A program made the position numbers and the translations under genes. 64,000 bases of DNA from Octopus sinensis (Eukaryota), in NCBI RefSeq assembly GCF_006345805.1, contig NC_042997.1:19158001-19222000 (forward strand), given 5' to 3'. The notes below the pieces were generated by a model that did not search any database, was not told where the DNA came from, and saw only the letters and a program-made list of their open reading frames with translations. Positions 12,195 through 25,776 of this stretch are shown here, in pieces (positions within the stretch are counted from its first letter, which is position 1; each line of letters starts with the position of its first letter).

Positions 12195-12579
12195 GCACAC
12201 ACATACATGGTGGCTATCAACTCATAAATGAGTTTGACCATCACTGACACTGCAATGCTTGTGCAAAATTTTAGGTCTTACACAGCACCTCATAGTCGCT
12301 TTCAACCCACTAGAAACAAGCTGAGACAAGATATCTAGTGTCAATATGGTTCACAAGCTTGGGAAACTGAGAGTGACATCACCTCAAGCACAAGCAAAAG
12401 ATCTCAAAAATGTCCAGTGTTATTCCCTGCATATCAGCTTTTATATCAGAGTGACCATCTCCAAGAGACATGCTTTAACAAAAGGTGAGGGATGCCTCAC
12501 TCTCAAAGGTCTTCTTGTGTGCTAGACACCAAGCCAAAATTTCTGAATGTTTGTGCTAGACTGTAGTTGAGCTTATACC

Positions 12580-12760
12580 AGGTTCATCTGTCCTTTTGAC
12601 AGGTCTTGTTTTAAGTTCTGCGGGTTTCTAGGAACTCTTCCTACCAGGCTTGCCTATTGGTTGTGCGGGTTTAGAAACTGATGACCTGATCATGCAGCAA
12701 GTTTTACTACATTCTATGTCACCAGTTGAATACAAAAGACTACACAAATGACCTGACAGA
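12580..12760 (-). repeat. Diverged copy of a ~190-nt structured repeat (also at 35345-35547 and 43261-43445)
   Basis: Shares aacaagacctgtcaaa and the preceding caccc/aaccc-gcag layout with the other two copies. Confidence 0.5.
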
Positions 12761-12808
12761 CACATGTAAATACATACATACTTGCATACATACCATGCAT
12801 AGATATGT

Positions 12809-12844
<36 letters not shown>

Positions 12845-12853
<9 letters not shown>

Positions 12854-13180
12854 TTCTCTACTCCGCCGGTTACGACGACGAGGGTCCCAGCTGATACGAT
12901 CAACGGAACAGCTTGCTCGTGAAATTAACGTGCAAATGGCTGAGCATTCCACAGACACGTGTACCCTTAACGTAGTTCTCGGGGATAATCAGCGTGACAC
13001 AGAGAGTGACAAGGCTGACCCTTTGAAATACAAGTACAACTCATTTTTGCCAGCTGAGTGGACTGGAGCAACGTGAAATAAAGTGTCTTGCTCAAGGACA
13101 CAACGCGTCACCGGGAATCGAACTCACAACCTTACGATCATGAGCCGAATGCCCTAACCACTAAGCCACGCGCCCTCACT
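12845..13180 (-). mobile_element. tRNA-derived SINE (family C)
   Basis: Minus-strand head gcgcgtggcttagtggttagggc...gttcgattcc (Pol III A/B boxes), core gtccttgagcaagacactt, tail shared with the copies at 14785 and 59525. Confidence 0.88.
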
Positions 13181-13649
13181 TATATATATATATATATATA
13201 TGAAGAAACACAAGAAGTTCAAGACAGCTACTGGAAAATGCAATGCCATTGGTCAAAGCAGGTCACATGGCCAAGTTAAAAGTGAGATTAGCATTTCAAC
13301 AATACCAGATGCATTAGAAAGGAGACGTTTTTGGACTGTGTGGCTACACAAGAAGCAGATAGTGTTTTGGTGTCTGGTGGGCCTTTGTGGAGATTTGGAT
13401 GCTGCCAGAAAGCAAGGCCAGCAAATGTGTGCATGTGTGTATACCAGATGTACACACACACACACATGCATGCACACACACACACACACACACACACATG
13501 CACACATTTGCCAAGCACTTGGCTTATGAAAAAATAAGTACTGGGATAAATTCATTCAACTAAAATCCTTCAAGGTTGTGCTCCAGCATGTTATAATATA
13601 AAGTTAGCAAGTATAATTTGAATAATAAAGGAAGTAGTATCCTTTTAAA

Positions 13650-13910
13650 TTGTGGGGGCACATGGCCTAGTGGTTAGAGCAGTGGATTCGTCGTCGAGGG
13701 ATTGCGGTTTCAAATCTCAGACTGGGCAATGTGTGTGTTTATGAGCAAAACACCTCCAGCAGAAGGTGATGGCAAACATCTGCTGACTCTTTCACCACAA
13801 CTTTCTCTCACTCTTTCCTCCTGTATCTTGCAGCTCAACTGCGATGGACTGGCATCCCATCCAGGTGGGGAACCTATATGCCTAGGAAACCGGGAAACCA
13901 ACGCTATGCT
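13650..13910 (+). mobile_element. tRNA-derived SINE (variant tail)
   Basis: Head ggcacatggcctagtggttagagc...ggtttcaaatc; middle ctttcaccacaactttctctcactctt shared with the 14785 copy. Confidence 0.8.
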
Positions 13911-14784
13911 CAACAAGGGGCAAAAAAGATTAAGAAGAAGAAAATCATTTTAAATGACAGTAAATATTTTCCTAAATTAATGCTAATGACATTTTAGTAC
14001 TTGATATTCCTCCCAAAACTAGGAAGTTTTTACATTTCACTAAGATGATTTAATGCTGTATTAGATATATTATACTAAAAGTGTTGCTTCATTGTTCAGA
14101 AAGAGTAGTTTTGACCTAGGCAGGGTTCAACAAGGTTCTTTTTAGTTCCAGTTGCAGTTATATATTTATTTATACGTTGAAATATTAATAAATATATTGA
14201 GAAAACATTAATCAATTTGTTACTGATCTGCCTGAGACTGCTTTGAACTGTTCTTACTGCATGAAGTCTTTTTTTGGAGTCTATGATTTTATCATAGATC
14301 ACACATGGTTAGTATTGTTAATGCTTTGTTGGAATAGAGTAGAGAGGAAGTTATATTGTGATAAAGATAAAGTAAAATATTTTTATGTGTTTTGTTGGAA
14401 ATTAGACATTACCAAGTGTTTGCAATAATAAAACTATTACTTCAACCTAAGCATGAAAAGAGAATGTAAAATTACTATGATGCCAAAGATGATGATGACA
14501 GCAATGATGATGGTAGTGATTTGGTAGAATCATACAAGGTCAAAGAAGCAAAAACTTTAATAAACAGAAGGTACAAACAGCTCAGTAATGGTCATGAAAC
14601 TGGCGAGAATTCTAAGTGAGTATCAATTCATCATGAGTAGTAAAATAAGTACTTGTAATATACTGAGGTTCAATTCAGTTAACTCATTCTCTTCCTACAA
14701 ACAGACCAATATTTCCAATGCAAATTTAAGATGGTGATAACGTATATAATGTTCTACTTTTCAGAACTAGTGTATAGAACATGT

Positions 14785-15170
14785 GTGGAGGCGCAATGGC
14801 CCAGTGGTTAGGGCAGCGGACTCGCGGTCGTAGGATCGCGGTTTCGATTCCCAGACCGGGCATTGTGAGTTTTTATTGAGCAAAAATGCCTAAAGCTCCA
14901 CAAGGCTCCTGCAGGGGGTGGTGGTGAACCCTGCTGTACTCTTTCACCACAACTTTCTCTCACTCTTTATTCCTGTTTCTAATGTACCTGTATTTCAAAG
15001 GGCCAGCCTTGTCACACTCTGTGTCATGCTGAATCTCCTCGAGAACTACGTTAAGGGTACACGTGTCTGTGGAATGCTCAGCCACTTGCACATTAATTCC
15101 ACGAGCAAGCTGTTCTGTTGATCGTATCAGCTGGGACCCTCATCGTCATAAATGATGGAGTGCTCCTACT
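14785..15170 (+). mobile_element. tRNA-derived SINE
   Basis: Head ggcgcaatggcccagtggttagggc...ggtttcgattccc; tail ggccagccttgtcacactctgtgtc...cagctgggaccctcatcgtc shared with family C. Confidence 0.88.
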
Positions 15171-15265
15171 ACTATAGAACATGTATATGATTGTACATAT
15201 ATATTCATTGCAGCTGTCAAACCAAGCTATTAGCATTGAATGCAACTTTAAATTCTTCCTGAACA

Positions 15266-15662
15266 TCTTTATATATAAAAGTCAAGTTGTGTGTCTGTCT
15301 CCTACGATTTAGATTCCTAACTACTCCCACATTTTGCGGTGCAGTTTAACCAAAACCGGGTATCTTATAGTCGTGATTCATATCGAGCCCTTCTGGGTAT
15401 TAGCGCACGTCTACGATGAGTCTACGATTAAAAAAAAAAATTACCATCATTTTTTTCCATTTTAATGCATTTTTTTCGCTATTATATAAGGGAAGTAACT
15501 CTCTAAAAATGTCTACGATGAGTCAACGATTTAAAAAAAAATTTACCATAATTTTTTTCCATTTTTAATGCATTTTTTGCTATTTTTTGGCTATAACTCG
15601 CTAAAAATGCTAATATAGTTATTTCCCTTACAAACCTGAGGAACGCCGAGTGATACTGCTAG
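15266..15662 (+). mobile_element. Non-autonomous Helitron
   Basis: Starts TC after A (a|tctttatatataaaag), ends CTAG before T, subterminal hairpin-like cctgaggaacgccgag about 10 nt upstream, no TSD; internal ~70-bp duplication (15409 and 15511). Confidence 0.8.
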
Positions 15663-16349
15663 TTTAATATAAAAATGCAGGTAACTAAATAATTTAGGTT
15701 ATACAAATCTATAATAACGTGGGGAAAATAGCTTAATGCATTTAAAATAGTGGCCTGTTGTTTTTCTTCTTTTATCTACCATAGATGATCTGATGCCATT
15801 TGGTTATTTAAAAAACAAAACAATTATGTTTAGCACGTGAATGAGAAGCATTATCCATGGCTTTCTTTCTTTTTTTTTCCATTTGGAGAGGTTCTGATAC
15901 TATTAGGAGGAATAGATGAAGTTATTCTGAGACAAAGACCTGGCCCTAATGTTTACAATGGAATAGATTTTACTAAAGTTATCTTGGTGTCAAGTGGAGG
16001 TGTTCCGATAGATGATAGACTAAGTCTACTATTCAAAAGCAAAGCCTGTCCTTCATGTGAGCTTCCACAAATTTAGTATTCCTGATTTCACTTTCAAGGT
16101 TTTGATCAAGCCAATATTATAAAAAAAAATACAATTGCTCAAGATACTACACTGTAGGATTGAACCCAAAACCACGTTGTTACAAAGTGAAGTTGTTAAG
16201 CATGCAACCATACCTACGTCCATGAATGATTTATAGCAATATGTCTTTTTTCTGATTTAGGATACTCTAATATATATATCATAGTCAATGAAGGTTATCT
16301 GAGGTGCAGTTATTGCTAGTTGAAAACTATATATATATATACATATATA

Positions 16350-16480
16350 TATATGCTTAATTTAAAAGCAGCAGAAATATAACAAAAGACCTGGCCCTAA
16401 TGTTTTTAAATAAAGCATATTACTCTACCTCTGGTATTTGAGTAATCTTTTTTCCACCTTGTTTCACATTTATGTGCTTG
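16350..16480. repeat. Short dispersed-repeat remnant between (TA)n runs, with a 21-nt locally copied insert
   Basis: gcagcagaaatataacaaaa...taaataaagcatattactctacctctggtatttgag flanked by (TA)n; aaagacctggccctaatgttt (16385-16405) is identical to 15934-15954. Confidence 0.5.
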
Positions 16481-16484
16481 CTCC

Positions 16485-16531
<47 letters not shown>

Positions 16532-17072
16532 GTATGAAGCTACATGAGCTAGTAGTTATGGCAGCTGTTTCTCAATCATAAAATTATTGGTTTGATTTTG
16601 GAACTTGGTAGTACATCCTATCTTTGAGCAATGCACTTCATTCCATGTTACACTATTCCACTCACCCATTTTTATGTAGTTATATATATATATATTTGTC
16701 TCTTCCTATTAACTGAAAGTAGATATCTCTAAACATATCTACTTTCAATAGATAAATAGAAAATCAGTATTACGTTCATACAATCAGATGTAGTAGATCT
16801 GAATACTACATTATACAATACAGTCATTATTATTATAACCAATGAGTAAGTTATAGTGTACAGGAAGATCATTTATCAAGTATTAGCAATTCAAAACATC
16901 TTGTTGAACTCTAGATGAAAAATATGCTCTGGGTGTTACTTTGGTCAATGAACCAACAGGACCGCCTGCAAGAATCATACCCAAAACTGAATGGACATTA
17001 TTTTTGCACATAAATCACAAATATATTTATACATATTCATACATACATAGATATATACATACATACATATCT

Positions 17073-17119
<47 letters not shown>

Positions 17120-20100
17120 TGTGTGTGTGTGCGCGTGTGTGTATCTATATCTTTAAATACTAGTGAATGTCTATACACTCATATAGTAAAGCTATTAGAT
17201 CACTATCTGCTCTTGTGAATAATGTTCCAACAATGCTTAACCCTTTTGTAATATTTTTCCTAAATTTGATCAGCCTGTACTTTAATTAATTTTGAAAATA
17301 TTTCATGGGGTTTAGCAAGATAAGTAACTTAAACATAAAAACTAATAACAATTTTTACATATTAACATCAGCTCTCTAGCTTTGTCTCCCCCCTTTCCCT
17401 TGCACTCTCTCTGTCTCTCTCTCTCTGTTTCTTTCTCTCCCTTCTCGCATACATACAAATCTTTATGGTAGATTATATTAATATTTTAATATATATAACA
17501 TTATGATGGAATGTTTCAATTTAAAATGAATACTTTAAAACGAATGGTTTTGTATTACAGAACCAAAGGCAGTCTCAAACATGTTGGTAATGAAATGGTT
17601 AATGTTTTCTCAATATATTTATTAATTTTTCAATGTATTAATAAAAATATAACTGTAATAAGTGTAAGAAATTACAAATAAAACTTTTATATATTTATTA
17701 CATGGTGTTAGATATTAATATTTTCTTTCTCTCTGTTTCCTTCAGTCTACCTCTTATCTGTCTTTTCTTTCTTATATTGTCTCTTTTTGTTTATGTACAC
17801 AAAGAAAAACATAAACGTAGCTAATTCTATAAAATATGAAATGCAGATGAGTGGATATATTAAGAAAAACATATAAATACCATCTCTCTCTCTCTCTCTC
17901 TTCAACTATTTCTATCTCTTCTTGTTCTCTCCCGATCTCACTTTCTTTTTATTTCTCTCCCTCTCCTTCTCACTCACATGCACATTCATACACATACGCT
18001 TACACACATACACACAAATGCAAATATATTAATGTTGTTATTTATTGGTCATTTTAAAAGAAACCATTTTTTAGTGTTAATATATTCAGGTTGAAGGAAG
18101 CTCCCTTGGCTGATATGACTGATAGCATAATGTAATCATAAAGTTTTCTTCTGAGTATAGTTTACACCATGTTGCAGCTTGCTTGAGTTAACATCATGAG
18201 CATCCTAATTTAGCAGCCATTTTGATAGCCTATTTCTACTCTAAGCACAACATGTGATAAATTCTTCATTTTATATATGCATAAAACCTCAACAGAAATT
18301 TGTATGATTCCCATTGCTCTGAATTAGCAGCAAAGTTTGCAGAAAAACAATTTTCAATAAAGCTGTTTAACCATACTGCCATTACTTGGAAGGAGAACAC
18401 ACTTTTATTTCAGATATTATTGAATCATTCATGTTATTGGCTTATAGATTATATAACTCTAATGTTGATCTGTTAAAGTAGGCATTGATCATTTATTTGC
18501 ACACAGAGAATGTCAATTGAAATATTGCTAAGAAGGATTTATTCCACTGTCAAAGTGTTACAATCAATGGGGCAGAAAGCCTGATGGATTGGTCAATTAA
18601 TTTATTGTTCCAAAGTGTAAGTATTTGCTTGCCAAGCATGCATATGACCAAGTTTTCAAGTATGTATGTATGTATGTATTGACCAAGCAATACATACATA
18701 CATACATACATACATATGTACGTATGTATGTATGTGTATATATGTGTATGTATTCATACATACACAATCTTTGATAGGTCAGAGTAAAGAAGAATCTTGA
18801 TGCAAAGATTAAGAACAAATTCAAAGTTCCACTTAGAATACTTATCAGGAATAAAAACTCTGACCACAAATTGAAAGTATTACTATTTTTTTTAAATCTC
18901 AGATTAAGTGATCAAATCACTAAGAAGTTCAAAACATTTGACCTCTCAATATAATCTCAGACTCTTACAACTATAATGGTATTTCAAGTACAATGGTGAG
19001 TTAATTCCATGTGTATGGCGAAAAATCTTAGATAGATTAGGTTTTGTTGTGAATCATTGGTTCTGTCTTATCAAGAATATTGTTTTATCAAGAGATGTTT
19101 TGCAAGGTTACAGCTTGCATTAGCTTTGGTCAAGCAGATTTACAGCCATCTTTATAGGAAGATAATAATTTAGAACTAAATCACATTTTACCATGAAAAT
19201 TCCTCAGATGCTTCTTTTATTGATTTCAGATGAGTTCTTTTACTCTGTTACTGGTTTCAGTCAAGGGGCTGTGATTCTGCTAGGCACCACCTAAAGGGCT
19301 TAGGCATTCATATTGACTCTGTACTTACTTCTGTCAGCTACTTATTTTATTGATCCTTATTTATCAAGCTGCAAAGTGATATGCCATAATGGGGCTCAAA
19401 AATACAGCATATGCTTGTGCATACACTTACATGTATGAACATTCACATACATATACACTTGTATGCAGGAATGCACGTATATACGTGTATACACACACAC
19501 ACACAGACGAATACACACATATATATAAATATATATAGATGTATATAGATATGTATATACATTAGAGTGGCCCTTATTTTTGAACTGTCTAAAAGTTTAG
19601 CTCCCACCCCACTATCTTGTTCAAATTAAGAAAAAAACAATCTATGCAAAATTTTAGCTCAATCGAACAAAGGCAAGGTGACCTTCCTCAACCATGAAAT
19701 TTAGAAGTTTTCACCTGGAAAGTCGTTTCTTTAGATAAAATTTTTTCATCTCTTATATAATTTTCTCTTAAATTAAAAACTTGTTCAGGCTTATTCTTGG
19801 TAATAGAAGGATAAGTGATAATAAATATAAAGGAGAAGGCAATTTGCAAAGCTGGGGACAGAGTGCAAGTATAGGGTAAACACTTATTTTTTGCTGTCAT
19901 CCAGTCAGCAGCCAGCTATGAACGAGTGAGGGTGTGAGTTGCAGTCATCTGTTGAAAGAATTGTATTGCACCTAATGGTAGTGTAGAGAAATAGAATATT
20001 AAGGGATATACGCTAGTGATAAACAGTAAAATAATATGACTTGTCTGCATTTGTAAATACAAATTAATTTATTTGTAATAACTTGTAAGCACTCATTCAT

Positions 20101-20281
20101 TTTGTTGTGCTGCATTATGATATAGACCTTCCCTTGTTGTGTAGGTAGCCCTGACAAAGTTGTAATACCATGTTTATAACCTCTTCGTTTTTGTAATGTT
20201 ATGTGCTTTGTAGAACAAAATTTAGAGAAGTGGGACACAGAAATACAGCACAAATTTAACCTGAATGACTGTCAAGAATTA

Positions 20282-21960
20282 GTGTTGTACTGGGATGGAA
20301 AGCTGCTCCCAGCACTCACAGGCATTAAAAAGGTTGATAGACTGGCAATACTAGTAACTTTTCAAGGTAAGGAGTAATTGTTCGAAGTCCCTGAAATTCC
20401 AACATCTTCAAGAGAACAGCAAGCCATGGCCGTTTACTAAGCAGTGGAGAAGTGGAGTATAACTGACAAAATTCAAGCACTTTGCTGTGACACAACAACA
20501 AGCAACACAGGTCAAATGAATAGTGCCTGTACAAATCTAGGAAAGTTGTTCAATCGTGACCTGTTGTACTTCCCTTACCAACATCACATTTTTTTAATTA
20601 GTTTTTAGGAGCTGCTTTAACTCACTGATGGGTGAAACATCTGGTCCAGGCATGGCGCTTTTCAAGAGATTTAGAGAAAGCTAGAAGAAAGCCAACAAGA
20701 AGGTTCATATAACTAGTAGCAATGAAGTGCTTGATGATGTCCACTCTACCATTCAAGGAATTTTTTGAATACCACCTTTCTATGCAAAAACAACAGAGAA
20801 ATGATTACCAAGAATTGTTAGAGTTAACGATGATCTTTCTTGGCAGCATTCTGAAGAACAGGATATCGTTTCATACTCCAGGCACTGTAAGTCATGCTAG
20901 GTGATTGTCAGAAGCAGTTTATGCATTCAGGACATACCTGTTTCAAGATCAATTTCAGTTATCTCCAGGGGAGATAACTGCGGCCATGCTGGAGCACCGC
21001 CTTTTGTCAAGCAAATCGACCCCGGAACTTATTCTTTGTAAGCCCAGTACTTATTCTATCAATCTCTTTTGCCAAACTGCTAAGTGACGGGGACATAAAC
21101 ACACCAGCATCGGTTGTCAAGCAATGCTAGGGGGACAAACACAGACACACAAACACACACATACACATATATATATATATATACATATATACGACAGGCT
21201 TCTCTCAGTTTCCATCTACCAAATCCACTCACAAGGCATTGGTCGGCCCGGGGCTATAGCAGAAGACACTTGCCCAAGATGCCATGCAGTGGGACTGAAC
21301 CCGGCACCATGTGGTTGGTTAGCAAGCTACTTACCACACAGCCACTCCTGCGCCTGTATTTTTCTTGCTCAAGTGTATGTTCGAGTCTGGTTTCTGTCAC
21401 CAGAAGTAATTAAAGCATCTTATCATGATTTCCTATTCATGTGTCAACTGATAAATTATCAGAATATTGATCCAGAAATCAGTAAAGCTGCTGTGAAAAA
21501 ATTTTCCATTCATCTCTGGTACTTAGCTCCCAAAACTGTGGCTCTATCTATATTTGATGACAATGTTCCAACAGAGGTGAAAGCAAATATTGCTCAAGTT
21601 ATGCTGGAAGCAGACAATAGTGAAGAAGAGGAAGAAAAAAACATCAACTGAAGAGGTACATTCTACACCAAAATGACTTTTCTTCATTTACAAACATCAA
21701 GTTTTTGTCTTTTGTAACTCTTGGAAGAAAAACTTACCTCACGAGATTTTCTATAGGCACCGATTTCCTCAACAAAGACCCTTCAATATGGAAGGATGAT
21801 CTTAGTTACAAAAGTGGACTTGAAAATTTTGAGAAGGCAGTTGCTGTGAATGATGTTGCAGAAAGAGGTGTAAAACTCATTAAGGATTACAATTACATTC
21901 TCACAAAAGATTAAACTGAGAAATAATTTGTTTTACAGATCGTTACTGAAAAATTGTAAA
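20282..21960 (+). pseudogene. hATm-like transposase pseudogene, interrupted by a SINE
   Basis: YWDGKLLP, DRLAILV, CDTTTSNTG, QHHI (CRHH-like), RNDYQELLEL, HARW, HLWYLAP..VALSIFD, VNDVAERGVKL; multiple stops and frameshifts. Confidence 0.85.
20977..21355 (-). mobile_element. SINE family B inserted into the transposase
   Basis: Minus-strand head aggcgcaggagtggctgtgtggtaagtagc, core cttgggcaagtgtcttct...gccttgtgagtggatttggtaga, tail gctccagcatggccgcagt. Confidence 0.9.
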
Positions 21961-24491
21961 ACATACACAACTGCCACTAAATCCTCTCTTATGCAAAGAT
22001 AATGTTCAATATTCAGTGTTCTGTGTTCACATTATGCTTTTGGTTTTATACAATTTATTGTTGTAAATTAAAATGTTTCCCTTATAGAAATTGTGTGCAG
22101 TATTAAGAAAACCTAATATTTCTTAAGTTTTTCATCTTATTTCAGTAATTTTTCAAATTAGCTATTTATAAATTTGATTCAGAACGTTTTTAAACATCTG
22201 TTGGGGTTACCTGAATGTGTCCACATAGATTTCTCTGAGCAGAATAAAGAAAACGGTGGAGAAAGGGAACAGTGTACTGCTTTTGAAAACATTTAATTCT
22301 TGCATATACCATGTTCCAACTTCAGGGCCTTTGAGGGTCGTCTGGCAGTTGTCTGATTAAGCCAAAATTTTGCATACCCCGTTATTTTGCTTATTGGAAC
22401 AGGATTAGAAGGTGGGAGCATCAAAATTGTAACTTTTGAAAAATTACCTATTGCTAAGGGCCACTCTAATACACACACACACACACATACATATATATAC
22501 ATATATATATATATGTATATATGTGTATATATATATATATTTGGAAGAGACATTAAACTCTGCTGGACTTTTGGATTTTACTCAAAGGATATTGGAATAT
22601 TGCATATATACCATTTTGCCTATAAAACGGATTTACAACTTCAATACCCATACATATCTTACATCTATTTTCTTTCCTCCACCTCACTCTCTATTTTGTA
22701 TCACATCTAAATTAACTATGACTTAATTTTCCTCTCACACCGTCTCCAATGAAGGGATATTATTAATTAATATCCTAGAAACAGCTGTAAGCCCTTCTAT
22801 CTATAAATGCTCTAATATCTATACAGCCTTGGTTTTTTATCTTATTACGCAAAAAAATTCTTATACATATCTTTTATGCATACATACATATAATAACATA
22901 TACACATGGACACAGAAATGCACATACACACACACATACACACACACACAACAGACCTCTGTACAATTTCTGTCCACCTAATTTCATTAGCAAGTCATTA
23001 GTGAAACTGAAGTTATAGCAGAGAAACACTTTCCTAATTTCCACACAAATAGCTCTAACCCAGAACCACATAGTTACAAAGTGAATTTCATAATCATACA
23101 ACTGTATATCATGAAAGCCAACTGAACATGATTTGAAATCCAGATAGTCTACCACTATAACAATCTTTAATTTCCCATTGTTGTTGATATTCTATTGCTG
23201 AAGCTATTTTTTTTCAGTTGTGTACTTTTCACAATTTTGAGAACCAGATAAACGAAATTTACTACTATATGCACTGAAAAATTTTATACTCGTGATCTAT
23301 GAACCCAGCATTAAAATCTTCCACCATCATAACTTTTCTCCTTTTTTATATCTGCAAAAACATACCATTCTTAACAGAGAAGTTCAACAATCCATACATA
23401 AAATGAAAACTTTTATATTCATTCTCTTATAGCAAATATTAGAAGTAAATCTTTTCTTTTTCCCTTTCTTTTAACATCTTCCATGATGTGGTTGGAATGA
23501 AGCCAGGGCAAATATATACAACTAAACTTTGCCTTGAGAAAGCAAATTAATCTAATTCCATGAGCCATAAATATGTGTATTGATGTGGTTCAGTGAGCAA
23601 GAAGTGACAAAACTTAACTTAATTATAAATATCAGAGCATATTTACACAATGTTACACACAAAAGCATCTGAAAGTTGCAGCTATAACATAACCACAGTA
23701 TATGTGTTTTGATGCTATAAGTTACATTGAAATTATAAACTCTCTCTGAAAGTGTAAACAGACCTGAGGAATGAATAACTGCTTTCATAATGGGAAGAAA
23801 TGATATTTGAAAGAATTTTGTCTTTTATGAAGAAATATGGGAAATTTGAGCTTATAATTTCTCTACACTTTATCAATAATATACACTCACTATAAATGTC
23901 TAATGATTTGATATTTTGACTTAAAGGTTGCACAAGAATAAATATTAATCATTAACCACATAAGTTAATAGGAAATGCTTATGGAAGCATTTACTGGTGA
24001 ATTGTTCTGTTCTAAGTTTAAGGAAGTTTATTGTGAATAATATAGATCAAAATTAACAGTATGGGTTGGTATTTAATGCCTGATAGGTGTGGAGATGTGC
24101 TGAGAATTTTAAATTCCATCTGTGATAAACAAAACTGCAGGATAACATTTAACAAATATTTGATTTATATTCTTTACTGATTGATAAATCAATGTAATAT
24201 CACAAATTTTATCAACCATTATAAATGATACATTTGATATAAGGCTTTGATTTCTACAGTGGAAGAATAAAGCACAAAACTCACACACACTGGACGAATG
24301 GAAATTACAAATAAAGTCAAAGGAGTGAATACCACAAATAGACTCAAATAAGTATGAGTTACAAACTCAAAGCAGTGAATGTATTCAAGATGGACTGGGT
24401 TCCATTTGGTTGTTGGTAAGTTATATGTAGGCATTTGTATATATACAGACATACATGTACAAATATATATAGCTATGTAGATACATTTATA

Positions 24492-24492
24492 A

Positions 24493-24532
<40 letters not shown>

Positions 24533-24590
24533 GGAGGAGGAGGAGGAGGATGTTGAGGATGATGATGAGGATGATGCTGATAATCATTCT
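24492..24590 (+). repeat. (GAT)n/(GAG)n trinucleotide microsatellite
   Basis: gatgatgat...gaggaggag runs. Confidence 0.9.
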
Positions 24591-25004
24591 CATCATCATC
24601 TTGCTTTCTCTCTGTTTCTGTTCTTGTTCTGTTCTTGTATACATTCGTTTGCTTTTCCCAGAGGCTTAATGCTTTTAGCTTAAGTCCCTAGTACTTTGCT
24701 GGATTCAAATAGTCTTGGTACTAAAGGGGTGTGAAACTACCATGACTTTCCAGAAACCGACTGATGAGGAAATCTGCTGCAAATGGTCCATGTATCTTCT
24801 TTCTGTCCTGTTTGCCGTTTGTTGTGTTATCCTCTATGTTATCACTTACATTATGTTATCATCTATTTTTCTGCATGTTGTGCTTTGTTTGATTCCACTT
24901 GTCATGTTCTTTTTATCCTACCTTTAAAATATATATATATATATCCCAGGAAGGCAGATGTAAATGATGATGATGATGATGATGATAATGAATTCATTTA
25001 CATG

Positions 25005-25280
25005 TTTTAGTCATTTTGGGTTTTAGTCGAACAATTTGATCCCAGGACTTGTTTTTTAAGCTTAGTATTTATTCTATTGGTCTCTTTTGCCAAACTGCTA
25101 AGTTATGGGGATGTAAACACACCAACACTGGTTGTCAAGCAGTGATGGGGCGACAAACACAGGAACACACATACACACGATGGGCTTCTTTCAGTTTCTG
25201 TCTATCAAATCCACTCCCAATACTTTGATCAGTCTAACGCTATAGTAGGAATGAACTCAGAACCATATGGTTGGGAAGCT
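25005..25280 (-). mobile_element. SINE family B (partial)
   Basis: agtatttattctattggtctcttttgccaaactgctaagttatgggg...tttcagtttctgtctatcaaatccactc. Confidence 0.8.
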
Positions 25281-25776
25281 TGCCTCTCTGATATATATAT
25301 CTTGTGTTAGAGTAGATATGTATATAGCATATCTGAGTAATGTGGAGAATAAAGCATACATGCTGTTAAAAGGTTCTGTTCTACTGATGGAAACTGCTGG
25401 TTATAGAAAAGCCAAGTTTCTGAGCAGTTCATAAAAGATAAGCCGCTGAGCACACAATAGTTCCAGAGTGAGTTTAGTCACAGTCCTGCTAGATAGAATA
25501 ATTAATTATTGTTAAAATGGTTTTTCTTCTGTATAGTACTATTAGGGTTACTTGTAAAAGCTGAATATAAATTGATAATTTCATAGCTGCTCAGCTGCTC
25601 ATTACTACTATGTTTGTTGTAGTGGTTGGTTTTTAATACACACCTTTTAACTGAAACCTTAATTGTAATTCTAAAACTGTTTGATTGGTTTGCTTTAAAA
25701 TATCTACAAGAAGATTAACAGAATCACCAACTGGCTGTGTTTGTTAGGAACTTGTTTATAGTTTGTGTGTTAATAG

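Larger units (their letters stand above)
19562..22469 (+). mobile_element. hAT-superfamily (hATm-like) DNA transposon, decayed
   Basis: 15-bp TIRs ttagagtggccctta / taagggccactctaa plus ~130 bp imperfect subterminal inverted similarity (gctcccacc...tatgcaaaatttt.gct.aatc); flanks tatataca / tacacaca may be a degenerate 8-bp TSD. Confidence 0.85.

Noticed and set aside
12845-13180. tRNA genes at SINE heads (also 13650, 14785, 53565, 59525)
   Set aside because: A/B boxes are present but the heads run into SINE cores; no complete cloverleaf with acceptor stem and terminator.
14406-14617. Exon-like NYYDAKDDDDSNDDGSDLVESYKVKEAK...ENS ending at a GTGAGT donor
   Set aside because: In-frame TAA just upstream, no good in-frame acceptor, and the acidic stretch derives from (GAT)n.
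15837-16076. 79-aa plus-strand ORF and a Ser/Pro-rich minus frame
   Set aside because: No recognisable motif; the minus frame has an internal stop; no convincing splice pair.
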